64,000 nt of DNA from Nemertoderma westbladi (Eukaryota > Animalia > Xenacoelomorpha), in the NCBI GenBank assembly GCA_032718475.1, contig JAUCBJ010005043.1, positions 62,001 through 126,000 of the forward strand, given 5' to 3'. Position 1 is the stretch's first letter. Each line of letters begins with the position of its first letter. Positions 53,287 through 64,000 of the stretch are shown here, piece after piece. The notes under the pieces are model-generated. The model saw only the letters and a program-made list of their open reading frames with translations, was not told where the DNA came from and did no database searches. Both the position numbers and the translations under genes were made by a program.

Positions 53287-53948
53287 CTACAGAGCCCCGT
53301 CGTCTCCATCCTGCAGCCCCGAACTCGAGGCCTCGGACCGGAGTATACTGAGGTAGCCGGGGGGCCGCGCCGCCCACATACCGGCGGGGGGTCCCGAGTT
53401 CAGCAGTTCGCCGCTGCTGGGGGCGTCCGAGCCCACAACGGACACCGGGTCCCCCCGCAGGAGGTCCCGCTCGTGTAGACCCCGCAGGTAGGACAGACTG
53501 AAGGCCGCGTTGGCCGCGGTGTAGTCGGGCGCGGCTCCGCTCCCATTGGACGTCGCCATTGGCGACGATACGGAGTTGATCAGGGACAACGCCGGTAGGA
53601 AACCCGATGAGTCTAGATGGCAGGAGGTGGAGGTGGGTTGGTCGGGGTGGGAAACGGGTTGGATGAGGGGCAGTAGACCCGACGAGTTAGTCTGCTCCAA
53701 CGACCCCCCGGTCCGCTTACTAAGCCCCCTACCGGTCAGCTGGAGTTTCTGGTTCAGTACGCTGGACGCTAGGTGGGGAAGCGAAGGCAGTTGGTAGCTC
53801 AGCAACGACGGGAAACCCTCGTTGCTAAGCTGCATGAGGGACGCGAGACCGTTGGGGACACCGGCTGCACCAGGAGCGCCAACCTCGTCGCGCAACCGCT
53901 GTCGGATTCTCTCGAGATATTGCTGCGACGGTAAAGGCGGTTCCCAAT
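53287..53948 (-). CDS. ATG9: ATG9 probable last coding exon (disordered C-terminal tail)
   Basis: TTTACAG acceptor in phase 1 gives (N)WEPPLPSQQYLERIRQRLRDE, matching the NPxWxPP motif of ATG9A. The frame is open and GC-rich to the stop at 53287. Confidence 0.8.
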
Positions 53949-54975
53949 CTGTAAACGATACAAAAAAAGGAAAAATATTTGGACAGAAACAGATGCCAAC
54001 AATAGAATTTGCAGAACTACTATTCTGCCGTGATATATATAATAGTCTCAAATATAATACGTAGTATTGTACCGGTACAATTAATAAAAACAGTAAACTT
54101 AATAGGATTAAATTTATATAACTCTTATACGATTAATAACTTAAAACGATAAATTACTTAGACCAGGACCAGGGCTCCACAAAATGCGGATACCCGGAAA
54201 CTAGGTTTCCGGAAGATTCTGAAAAATTCCGAAGATTTTGACTCACTAAAAACCTGAGATGCAATGGAAATAGAATTTGTGCACCTAAACAATAATTTAA
54301 ACCCCCAAAAGTAGATCGAATTTACAAAATTATACCATATAGAAACCGACCAAAAAGGGATAAAACATGTTCTGAGAAAAGTAAAAAACTAATGTTAGAA
54401 AAAATTTTGTTGAAAAAATTTTTTGAACAAATTTACTATCAAAATTTCTGAATTTCATGTCAATATCTTATGGCCCAGTCAATTAAAAATGCTTCGGAAT
54501 ATCATTTATTTCCAATCAATTACTATCAATCATATTGTTTAATCTTATAATTTGAACAATATAATAATGTCAGAATGTTGAAAAATTTATTTATAGATAA
54601 CTAACAAATTCGAATCCCTTAGAAGCTATGGCAAGGAAATCCGACTTAGAGGAGTTGACAAATCATATTTGGATTATTATTTGGACAGTATTATTTGGAT
54701 TATTTTTTTAAGTTACAAAGCTTATATGTATAATTAGAAAAATATTCAAATGAAGCAATGTTATGATGGACTGAAAACTGGACTGGTACTGGAATTATAC
54801 TTCTCAACAGCTCAGTACACGGAATGGTTCAGGTCCCGGCCACGAAGTGAAAAAAAAATATTAAAAATTATAGCTCATTCGAACAAGCTCGACAATCTCT
54901 ACAACATATATAAAATTCAGATGCAAAGGTTTTTTTTATTGGCCATATTTATACGTAAAATATCATGCTTATGTA

Positions 54976-56027
54976 CAGTGGCGGCGCAACATCACAATGC
55001 GCCCCCCTGCAAAATTTTGCATGCGTCCCCTTACAGTGGATTAAAAAGTTAAATTTTCATGCAAGCCTTCCTACAAAATTTGGCTTGTGCGTACACCCCC
55101 TCACGTCTCACCCTCTGAGTAATCTGAGTAATCTGAATTTCTAACAATTTGTAACACAATCTGAATTTCGTTGAAAAATATCTGAGGTATGGGAGTTCGA
55201 AAGAGTAATTTATCTCACACAAGTAGCTGGGCAACAATGGACTATATTATGTATATTAGTACTTTAGTTTGCTATTCATACATAAATGAAATGCTCAGGA
55301 GTACATTTCTAAATAGATCTAATATTTCTTCTCATTGGTGAATTATCAATTTTAGGAAAGGAGCAGGTAACTGTGGAACGTTGCACTGACTAAAACAATT
55401 AGTCAATAGAACAGGTCACTGTTTTATTTTTGGGAGTAATAAGCTGTCATTTGGGTCGACAACAACATCTACAACATCTAAACATCGGCTACAACATCTA
55501 AAAAACATAATTTTCAAAGTTACTACATAGCTCTGGCTATTCCACAGCAAAATTAAGATTATGTTACATATTTGAATTGCATGGACAGTTTTCCGTCGGT
55601 ACCAATAAACCAACACTATAAGGTTGAAGATTTGGGGTAACTGGTAAATAACGCCGCAGACCCTGTACTTGTGCCCTTTCGATGCTACAAAATATATCAT
55701 ATCAATATCATATGTACTGTTGTAATAAAAATTAATTGTCGAATTGATTAATCTTCTAATTTATTATTAGATTTTTTCTATATTTTTCACTGAGTATTTA
55801 AACTACGTCGTTGTAAAAATCTCAGATAGGGGGGGGGGGGGGGGGGGGGATGGACGCAATAAAAATTAATCCATCTCCAGGGGAAATTGGACGCAAATAA
55901 CAGCGGATTACTCTAAAAAATAAAACTGTAACCTGTTCTATTTTTCTTAGTTCAAATCTGTTGCGCCCCCACTGGCCCTGCGCCCCCCTGGAGTGCAGGG
56001 GTCGCAGGGGTGGATGTGACGCCCCTG
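54976..56027. mobile_element. Nested MITE-like insertion
   Basis: Ends CAGTGGCGGCGCAACATC and GATGTGACGCCCCTG, with subterminal GCGCCCCC motifs; the TSD is imperfect. Confidence 0.45.
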
Positions 56028-57879
56028 CTTTATTTTCTAGAGTTTGCCCGAAACAAGAAGTGTATACTAACTTTGACTCAACGTGTAAGGTGATCTACAC
56101 TTACAATGCGGAAAAGCAATATGATTTCTGAAAGAAGAAAGGTGGCCTGGTCTTTCAACTATATGAACGACATAAGTTAGGCATCTGATGGGTTTGGGTG
56201 CACGTTTAAAACTGCATGTCGAAAAAATCGATAATATTAGTATAATACTAGACTGTAAAGATACAGTTGTTGCTGTAATCTTCAAACAAGTTTATGCGGA
56301 TACATTTTACTCTTGAAGTAAAGCCTATGTATTAGCCTTTCAGGTACATCACTGCTTATCTATATTACTTTTGTCTGGTAAATAATACAAGCCTTCAAAT
56401 TGTTACATATATTATTTTGAGATAAAAATGTAGAGTTTGGATTGTAACTTTCAAGTTCTGCCAAAAAATTGCCAACGCCGTCTTTATATTGTAATGATGC
56501 AAGTCACATAATCATTTACTTTGTCTTCCAGAAAAATAAGTCTTTACCAATTTGTGGTTATTCAAATTAGTTCTATGAGATAAAATGTGAGTGTTTGACA
56601 TAAGCAATGTAGAGTTTGGATTTGGTAGAGTTTGGAAAAAGGCAAATTATAGATCCAAACTCAATCTTCATGTCCAAACTCAACATGGTGCAGTTAAGCA
56701 GTTCGAAACTCTACTATCTTAATTGCCAAACTCTACAAATTATCACTGTTGTAAGCAGTGTGATATTGAGAGGGAAGTTTAAATTTGAAACTGAATTCTA
56801 AAACATTAATCATTATTTTTAATAATTGATTCTGACTGCTGAAACATTCTATAGTTTGTATGTAGCAGGGGTCAGTAATTTATAATCTATTTAAACAAAA
56901 TTATAAATTATTAATAGTTACTGTTGAATAGAGCAGGTTTGTCTATCGACCAGTTCAGACTGAAGTAGTTTATGTTTTAAAGAGTTGCAGTTTGGCTTAC
57001 TGCCAGATATTAAGATACCGGTAGATTACTTACAGGCTGGTTGTTGTACCTAACTATAATAAGTGATGGATGGCGCGCACATAGAGGAAAGAAAAAGACA
57101 AATTAGCGGCACGCAATAAAGATCTTAACATTATCAAGAAATCCAAACCAAAACGAAGTGTTTCTACGAAGGAAAACGAAAAGAAAACTAAAAGTAAACT
57201 TAACTTTAGTGGTCCGCCGAATTCCCCGACGCCGCAAGTCTGCGAGAAGAAAATTAGAAGAGTTAGAAGAGGATTGAGAATTATGAGAAGGAAAGGTTTT
57301 GCCATAAGAGGCAAACCCGTGAAAAGCAGTTCAAATCCAAAACTGTACTTCCAACTCTTACTACACCGAGAGAACCACGAAGTCGACAAACTTATAAACT
57401 ACTTGGAACCGATCAGCGAAAACAATATACAGAAGGGATAATCCTCGTGTTTACAATCGTGAAAAGGAGGCTCATCGCAAAAGGCAGCAGACAATACGAA
57501 ATATGAGCAGAAGATTACAGCTTGCGCGGATCCTAACTTCGCCCTTCAACAGAGACAGAAAAGAAATAGCGAACAAAAACGGTGCGTGAAAAGAAAATTA
57601 GTTTAATTTAATTTAAAACATTAGGGGAAATAAGCTGAGCAGGTTATAGCGGCGGTGTTTTCTAACCAAAACAATAATCAAACCCGGGAAGATCACCCAT
57701 CCATGATGGCATTCCCCGGCTTAATGAGTCTTGAGGATTCTCGGAATTTATCAACTTTGATGTGATTAATTATAACAATAAATGATGATATTATCCAATC
57801 AGAACACAAGGAATTCACGAGTTTGGAATTATTTACTGGCTTCTCGACCGGAAGAAAGACCAAACTCGACACAAAATTG

Positions 57880-58054
57880 TAGAGTTTGGAAAAGGAATCC
57901 AAACACTATACACCAGGAAAAGTAGAGTTTGGAAAAGGAATCCAAACACTACACCAGGAAAAGTAGAGTTTGGAAAAGGAATCCAAACACTACACCAGGA
58001 AAAGTAGAGTTTGGAAAAGGAATCCAAACACTACACCAGGAAAAGTAGAGTTTG
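57880..58054. repeat. 41-bp tandem repeat x~4 (TAGAGTTTGGAAAAGGAATCCAAACACTACACCAGGAAAAG)
   Basis: Direct units visible; the TAGAGTTTGG motif also occurs near 56430, 56609 and 56626. Confidence 0.85.
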
Positions 58055-58582
58055 ACTGCAATTTTCCGTTTTCTCCCCATAATTTCTTAGCTTTTGAATA
58101 TCTTTATGTTTTATTGTCAGATTCTCAATCAGTGGAAAAAATGCAATCGAATGATATATACTTTTACCACTTAAAAAAAAAAATTTTGACAACTACGTTT
58201 CGTTATTTTTTTTCACTTTCTGTGGCCGAGACCTTCAACTATTAGTTGACTTTACCATTCGGTAGAACATAAGCAGCGGCCGACTGCAGTGGTTTACACT
58301 AATTAATTTAGGACGATCTTGAATACGGGGGAAAATATTCAAATTCAAATATTCAAATTGATATAAATAAATAAAATAAGAATTAAAATCAGCTGACAAA
58401 GTGCTGCAGCCCTATAAACTCAACCATCCCCCAATATGCTCGCTTTCACTCTAGGAGATAGTGACACCGGAATCAATTAATTTTAATTAAAAATTCCGAA
58501 GTTTTTCGATTAAAAATTGTGGTTTCCGGAAGGTTTCGAATTTTGTGGAAGCCTGACCAGGACTATAATTAAACTAACTTAC

Positions 58583-58739
58583 TTGGGTTGGTTACAGTAA
58601 AGTGCATCAAACTCATCTCCGTTTTACCGTTTTCGGCCTGACACTCAGCCGGGCTCTCTGGTTCTGACATCCAACTCGTGTTACCATGACGACGTACGTC
58701 TAACTGAGCGAAGGAACATACGTCACCGACGCCGTTTAC
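58583..58739 (-). CDS. ATG9: ATG9 exon
   Basis: VNGVGDVCSFAQLDVRRHGNTSW...AENGKTEMSLMHFTVTNP; CAG acceptor and GTAAGT donor; phase 0 to phase 1. Confidence 0.95.
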
Positions 58740-59067
58740 CTGTGGATGAAACAATAAGACGGTATAATAAAACATGGATAGTCTGAGAGACACGGAAAGC
58801 CGTCAACCCAATCCATCTGTTATAAAACGGGAGGATTAAATAAAATGGTTGGATAGTTACAGCGTGTTCAACCCTGGAGATAGAATGGAGTCATTCCTGC
58901 TAATATGATCTACCAAAGTTGGGAGCCTTCGGGTTGCCTCTGGTGTCTCACATTCCATTCACATTAGTCCAAACAATAATTAATACTATATCTATATAGA
59001 AATAAAGAAACAGAAAGAACCCAAAAATCACTTGTTACTAGACAGGAGCCAACCCAGCACAACTTAC

Positions 59068-59310
59068 CTCAACCGTAAAATTACGGAAAAAGTCCACAAT
59101 ATCTTGGCATTTTGGCCTAAGACGATAGTAAATGATGAATGGAGTGAAGATAGGACTGAGAAGTTCCTCCAAGTAAAAGGTAGCTTTGTATTGGAACAGC
59201 TGACTGAACTCCGACCGGACCTTGTCGGTGTGGGCACGTCCGGTCCAGGAATCGTCCGCGTAATGGATGTGAGACTTTATCGCTTGTAGAATACCTTCCG
59301 GACACCACAC
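59068..59310 (-). CDS. ATG9: ATG9 exon
   Basis: VWCPEGILQAIKSHIHY...EFSQLFQYKATFYLEELLSPIFTPFII...IVDFFRNFTVE, a hallmark ATG9 segment; CAG acceptor and GTAAGT donor; 243 nt. Confidence 0.96.
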
Positions 59311-59873
59311 CTGAGGATGGACAATAAAACAGACAAGAAAAACGAGCGTTCTAGATAGAGATTTAGGGAAATAATAGAGGGAAAATTCATATCTACAAGC
59401 TTGCCAGCGAGAGCTGGCAATATCGACGGATCCATTGTTGTCGACAGAATTTTGATTGAGTGAATTCTACGATTAGGATCGGTCATTCTAGAATTAATTT
59501 CACTGTTGCTAGGCAACCAACAGGTCACTCGCAACCAAAACCCTGCATACACAACTAGGTCCGAAAATGAACCTATCCCCAAAGTTTCATTCAATTCCAT
59601 CAACATTAAATGCAAGAAGTTGTGTGTACAAACAAACACACAAACAAATAAACACGTGTGAGAAATAAGGACATCCACTTCTTGGATCCGTCCAATACTA
59701 GATACAAAACAACTGAACTGGACGATTTAAGCCATGTCGTAAATCGTCTCTATCTGTTTTACCAAAACCCCTAGTGTTGACAACCTCACACAGTCGCCGC
59801 TATTACAACCTCAGTTTATATCGCGTCGCTAGGCAACCAATCTAAGTTTATATCACATCGCTAGGCAACCAAC

Positions 59874-60010
59874 CTGATTCTCATCAGGTATAAATACCCG
59901 ACACGCGGTGACGATGAGACCCAATGACGTCATCGCTGTAAGGACGTGTTCCACCGTTAGTACATCCTCGTCAATAACAGTTAGACAGAGTAGAACAGCC
60001 AACATTGCAC
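59874..60010 (-). CDS. ATG9: ATG9 exon (transmembrane hairpin)
   Basis: (G)AMLAVLLCLTVIDEDVLTVEHVLTAMTSLGLIVTACRVFIPDENQ matches the DEDVLxVEHVL motif of ATG9A. TAG acceptor and GTTGGT donor; phase 1 to phase 0. Not in the ORF track. Confidence 0.92.
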
Positions 60011-62130
60011 CTAACGGTAGAAAAGTAGACAGAGTAGAACAGCCAACTTTGCACCTATAGGTAGAAAAGTAGACAGAGTAGAACAGCTAACATTGCACCT
60101 AGCGGTAGAAAAGTAGACAGAGTAGAACAGCTAACATTGTACCTATCGGTAGAAAAGTAGAAATAGTAGAACAGCTAACATTGCACCTAGCGGTAGAAAA
60201 GTAGACAGAGTAGAACAGCCAACTTTGCACCTATAGGTAGAAAAGTAGACAGAGTAGAACAGCTAACATTGCACCTAGCGGTAGAAAAGTAGACAGAGTA
60301 GAACATCTAACATTGCACCTATAGGTAGAAAAGTAGACAGAGTAGAACAGCTAACATTGCACCTATAGGTAGAAAAGTAGACAGAGTAGAACAGCTAACA
60401 TTGCACCTATCGGTAGAAAAGTAGACATAGTAGAACAGCTAACATTGCACCTATAGGTAGAAAAGTAGACAGAGTAGAACAGCCAACTTTGCACCTATAG
60501 GTAGAAAAGTAGACAGAGTAGAACAGCTAACATTGCACCTAGCGGTAGAAAAGTAGACAGAGTAGAACATCTAACATTGCACCTATAGGTAGAAAAGTAG
60601 ACAGAGTAGAACAGCTAACATTGTACCTATAGGTAGAAAAGTAGACAGAGTAGAACAGCCAACATTGCACCTATCGGTAGAAAAGTAGACCGAGTAGAAC
60701 AGCTAACATTGCACCTAGCGGTGAAAAGTAGACAGAGTAGAACAGCTAACATTGCACCTATAGGTAGAAAAGTAGACAGAGTAGAACAGCTAACATTGCA
60801 CCTATCGGTAGAAAAGTAGACAGAGTAGAACAGCTAACATTGCACCTAGCGGTAGAAAAGTAGACAGAGTAGAACAGCTAACATTGCACCTAGCGGTAGA
60901 AAAGTAGACAGAGTAGAACAGCTAACATTGCACCTATAGGTAGAAAAGTAGACAGAGTAGAACAGCCAACATTGCACCTATCGGTAGAAAAGTAGACAGA
61001 GTAGAACAGCTAACATTGCACCTAGCGGTAGAAAAGTAGAAAAAGTAGAACAGCTAACATTGCACCTAGCCGTAGAACAGTAGACGAGTAGAACAGCTAA
61101 CATTGCACCTATAGGTAGAAAAGTAGACAGAGTAGAACAGCTAACATTGCACCTATAGGTAGAAAAGTAGACAGAGTAGAACAGCTAACATTGCACCTAT
61201 AGGTAGAAAAGTATACAGAGTAGAACAGCTAACATTGCACCTATCGGTAGAAAAGTAGACATAGTAGAACAGCTAACATTGCACCTATCGGTAGAAAAGT
61301 AGAAAAAGTAGAACAGCTAACATTACACCTAGCGGTAGAAAAGTAGACAGAGTAGAACAGCTAACATTGCACCTATAGGTAGAAAAGTAGACAGAGTAGA
61401 ACAGCTAACATTGCACATATCGGTAGAAAAGTAGACAGAGTAGAACAGCCAACATTGCACCTAGCGGTAGAAAAGTAGACAGAGTAGAACAGCTAACATT
61501 GCACCTATAGGTAGAAAAGTAGACATAGTAGAACAGCTAACATTACACCTATCGGTAGAAAAGTAGACCGAGTAGAACAGCTAACATTGCACCTATCGGT
61601 AGAAAAGTAGACAGAGTAGAACAGCTAACATTGCACCTAGCTGTGGAAAAATAGAAAAAGTAGAACAGCTAACATTGCACATATCGGTAGAAAAGTAGAC
61701 CGAGTAGAACAGCTAACATTGCACCTACCGGTAGAAAAGTAGAGCGAGTAGAACAGCTAACATTGCACCTAGCGGTAGAAAAGTAGACAGAGTAGAACAG
61801 CTAACATTGCACCTAGCGGTAGAAAAGTAGACCGAGTAGAACAGCTAACATTGCACCTAGCGGTAGAAAAGTAGACAGAGTAGAACAGCTAACATTGCAC
61901 CAAGCGGTAGAAAAGTAGACAGAGTAGAACAGCTAACATTGCACCTATCGGTAGAAAAGTAGGCAGAGTAGAACAGCTAACATTACACCTAGCGGTAGAA
62001 AAGTAGACAGAGTAGAAGAGCCAACAAGCACCTATCGGTAGGTAGCTAGACAATGTAGAACAGCCAATATTGGACCTAGTGGGGTAGAAAAGTTGATGTA
62101 GTTAGAAAAAGTAGAACAGCCAACATTTGA
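59982..62130 (-). repeat. 44-bp minisatellite (~47 copies) derived from the ATG9 intron/exon junction
   Basis: The minus-strand unit CTTTTCTACCGATAG|GTGCAATGTTAGCTGTTCTACTCTGTCTA equals the last 15 nt of the intron plus the first 29 nt of exon 59874-60010. Confidence 0.95.
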
Positions 62131-62247
62131 CATTTACAACAATTAAAACATTAATAAAACTTTTTGTATAGTTAACTTAACAATAATATTATATTTTTAA
62201 TATGAATATGAATTCATATAATGTAATTATACAATATACATATATAT

Positions 62248-62693
62248 TAGGGAGGGATGTTGCGAATGTCATATTTATAACACCCGCGGATGCAGATGCG
62301 GATGCAGATGTCTGAGGTAACATCCGCGGATGCGGATATCTATTAAAACATATATTTTTGCCTGGCCTCCCTTTTACATCAAAGTTATACCAGCATTTTA
62401 ATATTATATTCTAATCTTATATTAATAAACTAACAAGAGTCTAAGGTTATAGAACAGAATGGGACATAATATAACTAAACAATAATACAACAAACATTTT
62501 TTATATTGTTCCCGCCATCGAGTGTTAGTGTATACTGTATGAAAAGTAATTATTATTGAAAATGTAATTAAGTGGTTGCTGGGCCTTCTGACAGGATGCT
62601 TGAATAGTGCATGTAACATCCGCATGTCACATCCGCATGCCATGGGTGCGGATGCGGATGCGAAAAATCATGCGGACATTCGCCACATCCCTA
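62248..62693. mobile_element. hAT-like MITE
   Basis: TIR (TAGG)GAGGGATGTTGCGAATGTC against GACATTCGCCACATCCCTA; 8-bp flanks ATATATAT on both sides; subterminal GCGGAT repeats. Confidence 0.7.
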
Positions 62694-63440
62694 ATATATA
62701 TAATATAATGTAGTAATATATTTTATTCCCAAATTGTAACATTACTCAACGCCGTTAGTATTAACAGCGAGTTGTTATTTATCACTTTACAACCTTAGAG
62801 GACATTACAGCATTGTATTGACCTGTACATTATTGGGGATTACTACTTATGTAATGTCCCCACAGCGTGACAGTAAAGTCACGCCGTCATGGTTACCACA
62901 TAAACAATAGGTGGTACTTATTATTAATTGCCTGACAGCCAGATAGGCCTACTGCATTACCTACCGGTAGGCGGGGTATAGCTATTAACCAGTAGGGCCT
63001 AGCTATATTATTAAAACATGGCTCCAAATGCCACCATAAATATAAGCTAACTTATTTATAACATAATTTCTGTCATTTTAACATTTATTTATACAGCAAC
63101 TAATATAATTTGTGCGGTTTCTATCACTTATAATGTATATGTACAATCATTTCGTAATTTTACAATTTTGGAATAAAACTACATACATATACTTGTTGCA
63201 AAGTACTTTACAGTGTTCTGATCCTCGTGGCTTTATTTTCACTCACTCACTAACGTTCGTTCGTGTAACAAAGCCACTCGGATCATCACACTGTAAAGTG
63301 CTACTTTACACACAACTATGTAAATAGTTAGAAATAATATAAAGTACCGGACCTGACCGGTACAAATAATAGCGTGATATAAACATGTATATACCATTGA
63401 TATCGCGTTAGACGTCGCGTATCAAACAAATTTAACTAAC

Positions 63441-63611
63441 CTGCGATGAATTGAATATGTTTAGCGATGACGCTAATTATATTGCTGTTGAAGAGCTTGA
63501 GATACTGATTGGACAAGGTGTAGGCGGTGTTTAGCCGGGAGTCTAGTTCGTGGTCCAGCTCATTAAAGTGTCTCAAATAAATGCGGCCATATTGAGACCA
63601 TCTACGGGTGC
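63441..63611 (-). CDS. ATG9: ATG9 exon (earlier exons lie beyond the window)
   Basis: (G)TRRWSQYGRIYLRHFNELDHELDSRLNTAY...IAKHIQFIA(G), with the RHFNELxHE motif; TAG acceptor and GTTAGT donor; phase 1 to phase 1. Confidence 0.95.
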
Positions 63612-64000
63612 CTATAGAGGAGAAAGAAATAAAGTTGCAAGGAATTCTTTATTGTCATTGAATTTTTATTGTATTTCTGTAACTCGGGTTTGTAGCTTTG
63701 GATAATACAAACTGTCTGAAACGAATGTATTAGAGTGCGTACCATTTCCAAAGCGCCATGACCCCCCCCCCCCCCCCCCAATATATCTAAACTTTTACTA
63801 GATTTACCTTGCAACAAGTATTAATTCATGTGCGGCATTCTTTACAAATTTATTTGCGCACCCCGACTGCGCACGTCGCCGAATGTCGCACTGCCTCAAA
63901 GTATGGGAGGCCAGACGATTGTCGACACAGCAGCCAAAGAATACGCGTTGTAGCATTTAGTTCATTAAGATTAGTTTAGAACTAACCGATGATCGATGGA

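Larger units (their letters stand above)
54170..58555. mobile_element. 4.4-kb non-autonomous hAT element with nested insertions, in an ATG9 intron
   Basis: TIRs CAGGGCTCCACAAAAT and ATTTTGTGGAAGCCTG; perfect 8-bp TSD ACCAGGAC at 54162-54169 and 58556-58563; subterminal TTCCGGAA motifs. Confidence 0.85.

Noticed and set aside
53546-54064. Plus-strand ORFs over the GC-rich block
   Set aside because: Antisense shadows of the last ATG9 exon.
59982-62130. CRISPR array
   Set aside because: Contiguous tandem units with no spacers; the sequence derives from the ATG9 splice junction.

Overview
AT-rich, intron- and repeat-dense eukaryotic DNA, most likely from an invertebrate animal. It holds two host genes. 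On the + strand is a type-I membrane EGF-family (ErbB/EGFR ligand-like) precursor with exons 1340-1505, 11948-12092 and 16961-17128; its last exon is uncertain. On the - strand is the 3' part of ATG9, with five exons between 63611 and 53287. The centre holds a 15.8-kb BEL/Pao LTR retrotransposon (27610-43436) with 1.2-kb LTRs and an AACTC TSD. Its gag-pol is decayed and lacks RNase H and the integrase core. Downstream of pol it carries a second ORF of about 1,400 codons that is not env; it encodes a DEDDy/DnaQ-type 3'-5' exonuclease domain (EXD1/Egalitarian/Mut-7/WRN-like) flanked by CCHC zinc knuckles. This cargo is the best candidate for an undescribed system. A 44-bp minisatellite of about 47 copies is an amplified ATG9 3' splice site, giving a field of decoy acceptors that each lead to an in-frame stop. 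The rest is satellites, hAT/Harbinger/Helentron-like non-autonomous elements, RTE and CRE LINE fragments, SINE heads and long palindromes. All calls are by eye from motifs; no database searches were run.
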